This document shows, one piece after another, positions 22,926 to 32,825 of a stretch of DNA of 64,000 bases. The DNA lies in the NCBI GenBank assembly GCA_947036815.1, contig CAMQRS010000001.1:80732-144731 (forward strand). The letters are read 5' to 3'. This DNA is from an uncultured Erysipelotrichaceae bacterium (GTDB taxonomy: Bacteria > Bacillota_I > Bacilli_A > Erysipelotrichales > Erysipelotrichaceae). A program made the translations under genes and the position numbers. The notes under the pieces are model-generated. The model was not told the DNA's origin. It did not search any database and saw nothing but the letters and a program-made list of their open reading frames with translations. The number at the start of each line of letters is the position of its first letter. The first letter of the stretch is position 1.

Positions 22926-22962
22926 GTGTTTCGTTCTTACTTCAAGGAACGAGGCACTTTTT
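22926..22962 (+). terminator. intrinsic terminator downstream of the gene stub
   Basis: GTGTTTCGTTC / GAACGAGGCAC stem (two G-U pairs), 10-nt loop, T5. Confidence 0.6.
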
Positions 22963-23034
22963 GCTTTATGTGAGTATCTTATTTGAACAAGAGCTAGATG
23001 TATTGTAGAATAAGGGTAATTAAAGAGGACACAC

Positions 23035-23280
23035 ATGCCAACTAAGCAACAACTAATAATTCGTAGTAAATATACCGGAATTATAGAAAATCAAGAATTA
23101 ACCTATGAACTGATATTGTCTAAACGCTTAGCGTATGGTAATATATCAGTTATTGTTCATAACGATTTAAGTGTGGTAATTGTTGCCAATAAACAGATGA
23201 ATATTGAAGAAATAAATGAGATAATATGTGTACAATATAGAAAAGTAGTAAAAGAAATAGAAAGAGTAAAAAATAAATAG
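23035..23280 (+). CDS. short ORF resembling only the N-terminal part of DUF45/YgjP-type metal-dependent hydrolases (possibly truncated)
   Basis: 81 aa. LTYELILSKR...ISVIVHNDLSVVIVANKQMNIEEINEII fits the Y.L.RS.R...I.V..DG.V.V.AP...S.EEI..F pattern. No HExxH-bearing C-terminal half is present. Confidence 0.4.
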   Translation: MPTKQQLIIRSKYTGIIENQELTYELILSKRLAYGNISVIVHNDLSVVIVANKQMNIEEINEIICVQYRKVVKEIERVKNK

Positions 23281-23290
23281 AGGTATTATA

Positions 23291-23851
23291 ATGAAACTAA
23301 TAATAGGATTAGGAAACCCTGGTAGGGAATATGAAAAAACAAAACATAATGCTGGATTTATGGCGATAGATTTAATTGCGAGTGAATTAAATGTAGCAAT
23401 CAATCAAAATAAGGGAAAAGGATTATATGTGAAAACAAACTACAGAGGTGAAAGTGTAATTTTATTAAAACCACAAACATACATGAACTTAAGTGGTGAG
23501 AGCGTAAGAGCTATTATGGATTTCTTTAAAATAGAAACAAAAGATATATTAGTTATTTATGATGACTTAGACTTAGCAATTGGGAAAATAAGATTACGAG
23601 CAAAAGGTAGTGCAGGCGGACAAAATGGAATGAAAAATATTATACAACACGTAGGCACACAAGAATTCAACAGGATACGCATTGGAATTGGCAAAGACGC
23701 TAGAATTCCAGTCGTAGATTATGTACTGACTAAATTTAGAAAAGAAGAATTAGTAGACTTTGAAGAAGCGTGTGTAGATGCTAAAAATGCAGGATTATAT
23801 TTCCTAACACATTCATTTGATGATACGATGAATAAATACAATAAAAAGTAG
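23291..23851 (+). CDS. pth: peptidyl-tRNA hydrolase
   Basis: 186 aa. MKLIIGLGNPG..Y..T.HN.GF, GGQNGMKNI. Confidence 0.95.
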   Translation: MKLIIGLGNPGREYEKTKHNAGFMAIDLIASELNVAINQNKGKGLYVKTNYRGESVILLKPQTYMNLSGESVRAIMDFFKIETKDILVIYDDLDLAIGKIRLRAKGSAGGQNGMKNIIQHVGTQEFNRIRIGIGKDARIPVVDYVLTKFRKEELVDFEEACVDAKNAGLYFLTHSFDDTMNKYNKK

Positions 23852-23859
23852 GTGACATA

Positions 23860-26800
23860 TTGAATAAACTATTAAATAAACTTTCAAGTAATGAAGCATT
23901 TGTTGCTTACCATGAAAGAAAAAATGAACTAGGAAACTTATCTCTTAACGAAGAAGCTTTGATGATTGCTAGTTCATATAAAAAGAAAAAAGGAAGAATA
24001 CTAATTGTTAAAAACAATTTATACACAGCACAAAATTTGTATGACAGGCTTACGCCCCTACTACAAGAAGATGTGCTGCTTTTTGGCGTAGAAGGTAGCT
24101 TACGAGTAGCATCTATTGCAGCATCTCCAGAACTACAAGCCAAACAAATAGAAGCGTTACAAACTATGATTGATAAAGATACTTATGTCTGTGTCACACA
24201 CAGTGATGGATACACAAAGTTTTTAGCCAATCCAGAAGTATACAAAGAATATAGCTATCATATTAAAGTGAATGATATTTTAGACTTTGAGAAAATGAAA
24301 CAGAATTTATTTTATGCAGGATACAGTAAAGTAAGTTATGTCGATCAACCTTTATGTTATGCAAGTAGAGGAGGAATCATAGACGTTTTTTCCATGAACT
24401 ATGAATATCCATTACGAATTGAATTCTTTGACAATGAAATAGAAAGTATTCGGTTTTATGATATAGAAACAAAACGTACGATACAAACAATTCAAGAAGC
24501 AATCATTATACCAGCAAGTGATTTTCTATTAAGTGAGCGAGAAAACCAAATCCTAGTATCTATACTACAAGAAAAGATGGAAGCAGTGACGAATCAAGAA
24601 TTGATAGATCATATTGCACATGATATGGAATTAATCAAGAATCAGGAAAAAGATCCATCATTAAATAAATATTATGGATTACTAAGTGAACAATATAGTG
24701 TTGTTGATTATATACAAACAAAAGATATCATTATTAGTAGTGTAGATGAAGTAGAAAAATCATTTAAACATACCTTCAGTGAAAACATATCGTATGTACA
24801 AGAACTACAATCAATGAATCACAGTATTGCTTTATACCATGTAGCTAATGATATTCATTTATATGAAAAAGAAGCAATGAAAATACAACTGTTTGTCCAT
24901 GAGAGAAACCCTGTTTTTTCTAATGTTGAAGAATTAATATATACAGAGATTCCATTAGAAAGAAAAATTCAACAGATTATTTTAGATACAGATTATTCAA
25001 TTATCATTGATGTGAGTACGATACAAGCTCAAAAAATTAAAACATTATTATATAATTTAGAAGTGCCTTATGATGAAGTATTAAGTGCAACTAAGGGAGT
25101 TCATATTGTTCATGAAGGATTATATGAAGGATTTAAAGCAAATGATGAAAAAATAGCATGGTATAGTGAACAGTATTTATTTAATGTGGATAATAGACAA
25201 AAACTACAAAACAATAAGTTTAAAGAAGCAGAAGCCCTTCATGATTACTTAGAATTACATCATGGAGATTATGTTGTCCATAAATTATATGGTGTAGGTA
25301 AATACTTAGGTATTGTGAATAAAGAGAAGGATGGAATTCATAAAGATTATTTAAGAGTTATTTATAAAGGGAATGATGAATTACTTATTCCTTTAGAACA
25401 GTTTAAACTCATTCGTAAGTTTGTATCTAAAGAAGGTGCGGTACCAAAACTACATAAAATAGGAAGTGGAGAATGGGAAAAAACGAAGGCAAAAGTAACT
25501 CAGAATGTAAAAGAGTTAGCAGAACGTCTAGTAAAACTATATTCACTTAGAGAACAAAATATTGGGTATGCTTTTTCTAAAGATAATACTTTTATGAATC
25601 AGTTTGAAGATGACTTCCCATATGAGTTAACACTTGACCAAACTCAAGCAATAGCAGAAATCAAACAAGACATGGAGAAGCCTCTTCCTATGGATCGTTT
25701 ACTTTGTGGGGATGTGGGCTTCGGAAAGACAGAAGTAGCCTTTAGAGCAGCTTTCAAAGCAGTTTTAGACAACAAACAAGTAGGTTTTTTATGCCCCACT
25801 ACGATACTATCACAACAACATTTTAAAACCGCATTAAAAAGGTTTCAAAACTTTCCAATTAATATAAAAATAGTGAATCGATTCATTACTACGAAAGAAT
25901 TTACAAAGATAAAACAAGACTTAGAAGATGGGAAAATAGATATCTTAATAGGAACACATAGATTATTTTCAAAACAATTAAAGTTCAAAGATATTGGATT
26001 ACTAATTATTGATGAAGAACAACGTTTTGGAGTAGAGCATAAAGAAAAAGTAAAAGAATTAAAAACAAGTATCGACGTTCTTTCGTTAAGTGCTACTCCG
26101 ATCCCTAGAACCCTACAAATGTCATTAGTAGGAATACGTCAACTTTCACAACTGAATACGCCACCTAGAAATAGAATGAGTATTCAAACATATGTGATAG
26201 AAAAAAATGGCGTTCTTATTAAAGAAGTGATAGAACGTGAATTATCTAGAAATGGACAAGTATTTTACTTGTTTAATAATGTGAAAGAAATATATCAAGT
26301 GGCTAGAAAGCTACAAAACAGTATTACAGATTTAAGAGTAGGTGTTGCTCATGGTCAAATGGGTAAAGAAGAAATAGAAGATGTGATGATGAAGTTTACC
26401 GACAAAGAATATCAAGTGTTGGTATGCACAACTATCATTGAAACTGGAATTGATATCCCGAATGCCAATACAATTATAATTGAAGATGCAGATCGTTTTG
26501 GATTGTCTCAGTTGTATCAGATTAAAGGTAGAGTTGGAAGAAGTGATCGACTAGCCTACGCCTATCTAATGTACGCACCTCAAAAACAACTAAGCGAAAT
26601 CGCAATGAAGCGTTTAAAATCAATGAAAGAATTTGCGAAACTAGGTAGTGGATATAAGATAGCTCTAAGAGACTTAAGTATTCGAGGAGCAGGAGATATG
26701 TTAGGAGCGAAACAAGCCGGATTTATTGATACGGTAGGAATGGATATGTATATTGAAATGCTGAATGATGCAATTAAAGAGAGTAAAGGCGAAGTAATTG

Positions 26801-27270
26801 ATGTAGAAGAAGAGAGTATGAAAGCAGAAATAAAAGTAGATGCTTATATACCTGAAAAATTCGAGGAACAAGATTATGAAAAAATAACGCTGTACCAGAA
26901 ATTAGAAGCAATGAAAACGAAACGTGACTTAATTGAAATGCAGGCTGAAATTATCGATACACACGGGAAATTACCAAGAGCAGTAGAACTATTATTTGAA
27001 AAGAAACAAATAGACATATTATTGAATGAACCAAATATAGATGACTTCAAACAAACCAAACTAGGGGTAAACGTTGTATTTAGTGAATATTTTAGTAACC
27101 ATGTTGATGGCGTTGCATTATTTGAACGAGCTACAACATTGAGTATAGATATTAAAATTAAGTATCAAAACAGAAAAATTATTGCCTTTATTCCAAAAAG
27201 TAAAACGTATTTAAGTATGATGATAGAATTCATATCAACTTGTGAACGCCTATTAGATAATAATAAGTGA
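23860..27270 (+). CDS. mfd: transcription-repair coupling factor
   Basis: 1136 aa, TTG start after AGGTGA. CarD/TRCF RNAP-interacting region (GDYVVHKLYGVGKY), superfamily-2 helicase motifs GDVGFGKTEVA, DEEQRFG, SATPIPRT, QLYQIKGRVGR. Confidence 0.95.
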   Translation: MNKLLNKLSSNEAFVAYHERKNELGNLSLNEEALMIASSYKKKKGRILIVKNNLYTAQNLYDRLTPLLQEDVLLFGVEGSLRVASIAASPELQAKQIEALQTMIDKDTYVCVTHSDGYTKFLANPEVYKEYSYHIKVNDILDFEKMKQNLFYAGYSKVSYVDQPLCYASRGGIIDVFSMNYEYPLRIEFFDNEIESIRFYDIETKRTIQTIQEAIIIPASDFLLSERENQILVSILQEKMEAVTNQELIDHIAHDMELIKNQEKDPSLNKYYGLLSEQYSVVDYIQTKDIIISSVDEVEKSFKHTFSENISYVQELQSMNHSIALYHVANDIHLYEKEAMKIQLFVHERNPVFSNVEELIYTEIPLERKIQQIILDTDYSIIIDVSTIQAQKIKTLLYNLEVPYDEVLSATKGVHIVHEGLYEGFKANDEKIAWYSEQYLFNVDNRQKLQNNKFKEAEALHDYLELHHGDYVVHKLYGVGKYLGIVNKEKDGIHKDYLRVIYKGNDELLIPLEQFKLIRKFVSKEGAVPKLHKIGSGEWEKTKAKVTQNVKELAERLVKLYSLREQNIGYAFSKDNTFMNQFEDDFPYELTLDQTQAIAEIKQDMEKPLPMDRLLCGDVGFGKTEVAFRAAFKAVLDNKQVGFLCPTTILSQQHFKTALKRFQNFPINIKIVNRFITTKEFTKIKQDLEDGKIDILIGTHRLFSKQLKFKDIGLLIIDEEQRFGVEHKEKVKELKTSIDVLSLSATPIPRTLQMSLVGIRQLSQLNTPPRNRMSIQTYVIEKNGVLIKEVIERELSRNGQVFYLFNNVKEIYQVARKLQNSITDLRVGVAHGQMGKEEIEDVMMKFTDKEYQVLVCTTIIETGIDIPNANTIIIEDADRFGLSQLYQIKGRVGRSDRLAYAYLMYAPQKQLSEIAMKRLKSMKEFAKLGSGYKIALRDLSIRGAGDMLGAKQAGFIDTVGMDMYIEMLNDAIKESKGEVIDVEEESMKAEIKVDAYIPEKFEEQDYEKITLYQKLEAMKTKRDLIEMQAEIIDTHGKLPRAVELLFEKKQIDILLNEPNIDDFKQTKLGVNVVFSEYFSNHVDGVALFERATTLSIDIKIKYQNRKIIAFIPKSKTYLSMMIEFISTCERLLDNNK

Positions 27271-27324
27271 TGAAGAAAAATTAAATGTAAATTATAAGAA
27301 ATAATTAAAATAAAGGAGCAATCG

Positions 27325-27864
27325 ATGAAAAAGACACTAGGAATATTATTTATATGCCTTACTTGTGTGGCATGCAGTCCAAATATAAAAGGAACAATTC
27401 CATTCGATACTATGTTACAAGATACATTAGATGAAGAGTTAGTTTCACAATCATTTGAAGATTTACTTACAGAGATGGAAGCAGAAAGTGATATATTGGA
27501 TTTTGATGCATACAGTGAAGACATTACCATGGAAGATTTAGAAACAGTGAGTGCAGGATACATCGTCGCGAATGAATATGGCATAGCAGATAACATAGGC
27601 TATTCATACGTAAGTGATTACGTAGAGGATGAAGTGATCACAGCAGATATATTTCGTCTACAATCACAACGTTACTTTAGTTTAGAAATAATTGAAGAAC
27701 CAACAATGAAACCATTTAATGGAATTAATACTAGTCAAATAGTTCCAGCATTGCTGTATGAGTTTAAAACAGAAGATGACACGATTAAAGAAATTTTATT
27801 GTTTTTAGATGCTAATGAAACATGGGTTGTCTTTGATTTTGGAATGTTGATGAATATAAAATAA
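27325..27864 (+). CDS. acidic lipoprotein, function unknown
   Basis: 179 aa. Signal peptide with lipobox LTCVAC. RBS AAAGGAG. Confidence 0.6.
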   Translation: MKKTLGILFICLTCVACSPNIKGTIPFDTMLQDTLDEELVSQSFEDLLTEMEAESDILDFDAYSEDITMEDLETVSAGYIVANEYGIADNIGYSYVSDYVEDEVITADIFRLQSQRYFSLEIIEEPTMKPFNGINTSQIVPALLYEFKTEDDTIKEILLFLDANETWVVFDFGMLMNIK

Positions 27865-28022
27865 ACCTGTAGCTATCGTAGGTTTTAACTGAATTTGTTG
27901 ACTTTAAGGTCAATAAATGATAAATTATTAAAGCATTACAAAAGAAAATGTCAAAAGACTATAGATTTTACTGTTTCTGATTTATAACAGTGAAGTTTTT
28001 AGTCTTTTTTTTGGAGAAAAAT

Positions 28023-29357
28023 ATGGAAAATAATAAATTAGAAAAAAAAGGGATATTTTCATTACTATTAGCAATGTCAATACCTCCGATGATATCAATG
28101 TTAATACAGTCGCTATACAATATAGTAGATAGTTTTTTCGTTGCTCAAATATCAAATGATGCACTTACAGCTGTATCACTAGCATTCCCACTACAAAATA
28201 TATGTCTTGCAGTATCTGTAGGGATTGGGGTTGCTATCAATGCTACAATCGCAAAAAGCTTAGGTAAGAAAGATAGTGAGCAAACAAATAAAATTGCAGA
28301 ACACGGATTTATATTTACGGGTATTCACTGCTTAATTTTTGTTGCCATTGGATTATTTGCTGCTAGACCATTTGTAGAACTATTCACAAACGATATTGAG
28401 ATTATCAATATGAGTGTATCTTATATACAAATTGTCATATGTTGTACATTTGGGATGCAATTTCACATTTTAATAGAAAAAATGTTTCAAGCTACAGGAA
28501 ATATGTTCACACCGATGATTCTTCAAATTGTGGGAGCTATCGTAAACATCATATTAGATCCAATTCTAATATTTGGATTGTTTGGAATGCCTGGATTAGG
28601 AATACAAGGGGCAGCAATAGCAACTATTATTGGACAAGTAACAGCATGTTTCTTTGCATATTTGTTATATAAACGAAATCTAAAAATGATCAAAGTTGAA
28701 TTTAAGCATTTCAAGTTTGATAAAGAAATAAGTAAGAGTTTATATTTAATCGCCATTCCTTCTGGATTAATGATGGCATTTCCATCAATACTAGTGAGTG
28801 TCTTGAATTCAATACTATATAGTTTTTCTCAAGCAGCAGTAAATGTATTCGGTATATACTTCAAACTACAAACGTTTGTTTACATGCCAGCATGTGGAAT
28901 TGTACAAGGAATGAGACCTATCATTAGTTATAATATGGGAGCTAAACGAATTGATCGTGTCAAAGAAGTAGTAAAATATGCATTGTTATTCACCTTAGTG
29001 ATTATGGTGATAGGAACATTGGTATTTGAATTGTTTCCATCTACCATCATTCAATTGTTTTCGAATGAACAAGAAATGATTATACTTGGTACAAGAGCAT
29101 TTAGAATTATCGCACTAGGTTTTATATTTTCTACTACTGCCATTGTATTCTCAGGAATGTTTGAAGCACTAGGGTTAGGGGTTTCATCATTAATTATTAA
29201 TTTAATGAGACAATTATTGTTAGTCAGTATATGTGCCGTTATCTTCTCAAGTATGTTTGGACTTGATGGTATTTGGTTCTCAATTGCATTTGCAGAAATA
29301 ATAACATGTGTAATATCATCATGCATGGGACTTAAGGCAATCAAAAACTTAGAATAA
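28023..29357 (+). CDS. MATE-family efflux transporter
   Basis: Twelve-helix profile. N-terminal LAMSIPPMISMLIQSLYNIVDSFFVAQ is typical of MATE. I prefer the start at MENNKLEKK (ATG 28023). Confidence 0.85.
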   Translation: MENNKLEKKGIFSLLLAMSIPPMISMLIQSLYNIVDSFFVAQISNDALTAVSLAFPLQNICLAVSVGIGVAINATIAKSLGKKDSEQTNKIAEHGFIFTGIHCLIFVAIGLFAARPFVELFTNDIEIINMSVSYIQIVICCTFGMQFHILIEKMFQATGNMFTPMILQIVGAIVNIILDPILIFGLFGMPGLGIQGAAIATIIGQVTACFFAYLLYKRNLKMIKVEFKHFKFDKEISKSLYLIAIPSGLMMAFPSILVSVLNSILYSFSQAAVNVFGIYFKLQTFVYMPACGIVQGMRPIISYNMGAKRIDRVKEVVKYALLFTLVIMVIGTLVFELFPSTIIQLFSNEQEMIILGTRAFRIIALGFIFSTTAIVFSGMFEALGLGVSSLIINLMRQLLLVSICAVIFSSMFGLDGIWFSIAFAEIITCVISSCMGLKAIKNLE

Positions 29358-29517
29358 TATAACTATAAGCTATGAAAGAATGAGGCGTATGAGATATCCA
29401 AGAATCATTGTTCATAGTTTTTTTTATAAAAAGATAAAGAATTATTCATATTCAGTGAATAAATATTTCATAATGGTAAAAAATAGATATAGATATACTA
29501 ATAGAAGGAGTATCAAT

Positions 29518-30012
29518 ATGAAATCAACAGGAATTGTTAGAAGAATAGATGACTTAGGTAGGTTAGTAATACCCAAAGAAATAAGAAAAATGCATAAAAT
29601 GAAAGAGGGAGACAGTATTGAAATCTTTCTTGAAAATAATGTTGTTTGTATTCGTAAATATGATGAAAGCAGTCCTCATTATCAATCTATTGTATATATG
29701 TGTGAACTATTAAAAGAAAGTTATAAAAATGAAGTGTTTTTTAATAGTGAAGAATACATTAAAAATAATGAAATACAGCTTGAAGAACAATTTCTTAACC
29801 GTAGCCAACAAATACATAGAATGAAATCATTTTATAATACAAAGGTATACAAGGACGATGAGCAGCGTTATTCAGGATGTTTTGCACCGATTGTGAAAGA
29901 CGGAATATATTATGCTAGTTTTATTATGATATATACATATAAAGAATATAAAGAAAATGAACTAGACCAAGTAAAAATATTAGCTGATTTACTCGCTAGA
30001 GAGTTGGGATAA
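29518..30012 (+). CDS. spoVT: stage V sporulation regulator SpoVT (AbrB-type N-domain + GAF-like C-domain)
   Basis: MKSTGIVRRIDDLGRLVIPKEIRK is near-identical to the SpoVT/AbrB N-terminus. About 164 aa. Located after mfd as in B. subtilis. RBS AGAAGGAG. The 46-codon upstream extension in the ORF track is rejected. Confidence 0.8.
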   Translation: MKSTGIVRRIDDLGRLVIPKEIRKMHKMKEGDSIEIFLENNVVCIRKYDESSPHYQSIVYMCELLKESYKNEVFFNSEEYIKNNEIQLEEQFLNRSQQIHRMKSFYNTKVYKDDEQRYSGCFAPIVKDGIYYASFIMIYTYKEYKENELDQVKILADLLARELG

Positions 30013-30052
30013 CTAGTAATTTATGTTACACTATATCTAGTAGGTGAAACAC

Positions 30053-30331
30053 ATGAGAGTCGATAAATATTTAAAAGTAGCAAGAGTATTAAAAAGAAGA
30101 AGTGTATCCAAAGAATTAGCAGATCAAGAGCGTATCTTCGTAAATGGACGCAGAGCAAAACCTAGTACTGATGTAAAAGAAAATGATATTATCATAGTAC
30201 AATTTGGAAATAGAGAACTAACAATTAAAGTGTTAGACACACCCAAACAGGCAAGTAAAAAAGATGCTAATTTAGTATTTGAAGTAATTGAAGAAAAAAG
30301 AATATTAAAAGAAGACACAAACGTTACGTAA
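30053..30331 (+). CDS. S4-domain RNA-binding protein (YabO/Hsp15-like)
   Basis: MRVDKYLKVARVLKRRSVSKELADQERIFVNGRRAKPS. Position matches yabO upstream of yabP-yabQ-divIC. Confidence 0.8.
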   Translation: MRVDKYLKVARVLKRRSVSKELADQERIFVNGRRAKPSTDVKENDIIIVQFGNRELTIKVLDTPKQASKKDANLVFEVIEEKRILKEDTNVT

Positions 30332-30363
30332 GAACTAACGTTTTTTGTGTATTTGGAGGAAAA

Positions 30364-30816
30364 ATGAAACAAAGATATGAACTATTAATAAAGCAATTAG
30401 ATGCGCTATTAGAAAATGAAACGAATACTATTGCGAACTTAAGTAATGCCTCAGCATTGCTGTTTCACAGTATAGACCATGTGAATTGGGCAGGATTCTA
30501 TCTAGTAGATAACGAAGAATTAATTCTAGGGCCATTTCAAGGTAAGGTAGCCTGTATGCATATAAAGTTAGGTAAAGGTGTGTGTGGTACGTGTGCTAGT
30601 ACGAGGGAAATACAGTGTATAGGTAATGTTCATCAATTTGAAGGACATATCGCATGTGATGGGGACTCAAATTCTGAAATAGTTGTACCGATCATTATAG
30701 ACAAAAAATTATACGGGGTATTAGACATCGACTCATATGATCTCAATAACTTTAATGAGGTGGATGTACGAGGACTAGAAAAGTTTGTACTACATCTTTG
30801 TAGGCATATATATTAA
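30364..30816 (+). CDS. GAF-domain protein, free methionine-(R)-sulfoxide reductase family
   Basis: 150 aa. NWAGFYL...LGPFQGK.AC..I..GKGVCG pattern typical of fRMsr/YebR. Confidence 0.75.
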   Translation: MKQRYELLIKQLDALLENETNTIANLSNASALLFHSIDHVNWAGFYLVDNEELILGPFQGKVACMHIKLGKGVCGTCASTREIQCIGNVHQFEGHIACDGDSNSEIVVPIIIDKKLYGVLDIDSYDLNNFNEVDVRGLEKFVLHLCRHIY

Positions 30817-30896
30817 TATACAAACACTTGCTTAACGTATATATGGTGTGTAATGAAATAAAAAAGGTTCTCCTTTCAAGGAGACACCTTTTTTAA

Positions 30897-31541
30897 TTAG
30901 ATACCAATTATCATTGTAGCAAATTTATAAATGGCTACATATATATCTTGATTGATATTTGAAAGTCCACTTGATAAGAAACCAGTAAATATTAATACCA
31001 TCAACATAAGCATTCCATATTTTTCGTACTTCATATAATGAAAGTACATTTCTTCTGGAAGAAAAGAAAATAATATTTTAGATCCATCTAATGGGGGGAC
31101 AGGAATCAGATTAAATACTCCAAGACCAATGCTTAGAATTGCTGTATATTGTGTTACAGTATATAAATAAGATGTGATAGGTGAAACTTGTACGCGAAAC
31201 TTAATCATAAGAAGCATAATACAAATGCAGATGAAACTAATGATGAAATTCATTAATGGTCCAGCAAGTGCAGTTAGTGCCATTCCCATCTTCGGATTTT
31301 TATATGCTCTCGGATTAACCACAACAGGTTTTGCCCACCCAAAATGAAATACTAATAAACATAAAGCTCCCACAGGATCAATATGATTCAAAGGATTCAA
31401 AGATAGTCTTCCATCATGCTTCGGATTTGGATCTCCTAACAGATAAGATGTATACCCATGAGCCCATTCATGTAAAACTAAGGAAATTAATAATGCAGGA
31501 ATTAAATAAATAATGTTTGAAATAATACTTGAGAAATCCAT
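30897..31541 (-). CDS. site-2 protease family (M50) membrane metalloprotease
   Basis: HEWAHG (HExxH) and NLIPVPPLDGSK motifs, polytopic. Start at MDFSSII (ATG 31541, RBS GGAGG). Confidence 0.8.
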   Translation of the reverse strand: MDFSSIISNIIYLIPALLISLVLHEWAHGYTSYLLGDPNPKHDGRLSLNPLNHIDPVGALCLLVFHFGWAKPVVVNPRAYKNPKMGMALTALAGPLMNFIISFICICIMLLMIKFRVQVSPITSYLYTVTQYTAILSIGLGVFNLIPVPPLDGSKILFSFLPEEMYFHYMKYEKYGMLMLMVLIFTGFLSSGLSNINQDIYVAIYKFATMIIGI

Positions 31542-31624
31542 AATATACCTCCAAGGTGTATATACATTATAAGCCATAATCATAATTTTACAATAGGAGC
31601 ATATACTTAAAATGGAGGTGAAGT

Positions 31625-31918
31625 ATGACAGAGTTTAACTCAATCAAATTTGAAACTAACCCATATCATAATGTAGTCATGAAAGATAGAAAACTATTAG
31701 AGATTAGTGGAGTAAAACAAATTGAAAGTTTTGATGATGAAATGTTTGTGATTGAAAGTGTACAAGGGTACATGGAAATTACAGGAACTGGATTAGGCTT
31801 AGATAAGCTTGATAAAGAACGTGGAGAAGTTCATATAAAAGGAGTAATAGAAGGTATTCTATATTTAGATGAAAGAAAAACAAGTAGAGAATCCTTTTTA
31901 AAAAAAATGTTTAGATGA
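31625..31918 (+). CDS. yabP: sporulation protein YabP
   Basis: 97 aa. L.ISGVKQIESFDDE.F..E...G...I.G..L....L....G.V.I.G.I..L.YLDE aligns with B. subtilis YabP as I recall it. Confidence 0.85.
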   Translation: MTEFNSIKFETNPYHNVVMKDRKLLEISGVKQIESFDDEMFVIESVQGYMEITGTGLGLDKLDKERGEVHIKGVIEGILYLDERKTSRESFLKKMFR

Positions 31919-32328
31919 TGTATCTACAAATTCAATTACTTAGTATCCTATATATGTGTTGTGCAGGAATAGTATTTAGTTTTCTTTATAGTTTTAAACA
32001 AGTGTTAATGATATCGCTAAATTCCTTTAAACTTAGATTGTTTATCGATACTTCATTTAATTCTCTATTCATTTTACTCGCCTATCAAGGGTTATATAAA
32101 TTAAATGATGGTATATTAAACATGTATATGTTTATCTTTTTCATTACGTTCGTATTGGCTTATTATTACTTCTTATATCCAGTGTTGGTATGTCATTTTT
32201 ACAAAGTTAATAAATTTTTGTTACCATTCTACCAATTTTGTCGTATACTTATACTACGAGTGAATCGTATACTGTATATGAAAAAAAGGAGAAAACACAA
32301 TGGCAAAAAAGAAAACCCAAGCAATTAA
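31915..32328 (+). CDS. yabQ: spore cortex biosynthesis protein YabQ-like membrane protein
   Basis: 137 aa, multi-transmembrane. Overlaps the yabP stop and lies between yabP and divIC. Confidence 0.65.
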   Translation: MMYLQIQLLSILYMCCAGIVFSFLYSFKQVLMISLNSFKLRLFIDTSFNSLFILLAYQGLYKLNDGILNMYMFIFFITFVLAYYYFLYPVLVCHFYKVNKFLLPFYQFCRILILRVNRILYMKKRRKHNGKKENPSN

Positions 32329-32584
32329 ATGTTTAGTGCTATTAGGAGTTTCTGGCTTTTTATTATACCAATCTGCGTTAGAGGTTCAAACATGGTTTGA
32401 ATATCAAGAAAGTTTATCACTAGTGAATAAAGAAAATGAGGAACTTGTTGAAAAACAACAAGCATTAACGGAAGAAGTAAATAATTTAAATGATGTAGAA
32501 TACATCATCCGTTATGCTAGAGGAAAATACTTAGCTACGAAAGATGTGGGAGATCAAGTATTTATGTTACCTGGAGAAGAATAA
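32300..32584 (+). CDS. divIC: septum formation initiator (DivIC/FtsB family)
   Basis: 94 aa. One transmembrane helix then a coiled coil (...ENEELVEKQQALTEEVNNLND.EYI...AR). Synteny supports the call. Confidence 0.75.
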   Translation: MAKKKTQAIKCLVLLGVSGFLLYQSALEVQTWFEYQESLSLVNKENEELVEKQQALTEEVNNLNDVEYIIRYARGKYLATKDVGDQVFMLPGEE

Positions 32585-32825
32585 ATTAAGTGAAACAAAA
32601 AAAGAGCAATAGCTCTTTTTTAATTATCTGAAGAATAGGGTGAAATGATGCTATAATTTCAATTTCACAAGGTTTAAAAATATTATATCACTTTAAAAAC
32701 ACATTCAAAGATTATACTCTAGTATGTATATTAATAAATTGGTATAAATAGGTGAATATAGACAAATATATATTTGAACATATAGCTATCTAGTGGTAAT
32801 ATTAATGTATTGCTTGGAGGATAAG

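Noticed and set aside
27890-27925. TTGAC-N6-GTCAA inverted repeat (TTGACTTTAAGGTCAA) upstream of the MATE gene, as a possible operator.
   Set aside because: The arms are only 5 bp, it overlaps a plausible -35 TTGACT, and there is no adjacent regulator gene. Too weak to call.
29380-29517. 46-codon N-terminal extension of the SpoVT ORF given in the ORF track. Similar extensions occur on tadA (to 7684), serS (to 10598), gyrB (to 15270), the M50 protease (to 31583), the J-protein (from 32793), the XRE regulator (to 46606), the PNPOx-like gene (to 49186), the LytTR regulator (from 58518) and ABC-A (from 60030).
   Set aside because: In each case an internal ATG preceded by a good Shine-Dalgarno sequence coincides with the conserved family N-terminus. 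The extension is basic or hydrophobic junk or overlaps another feature.
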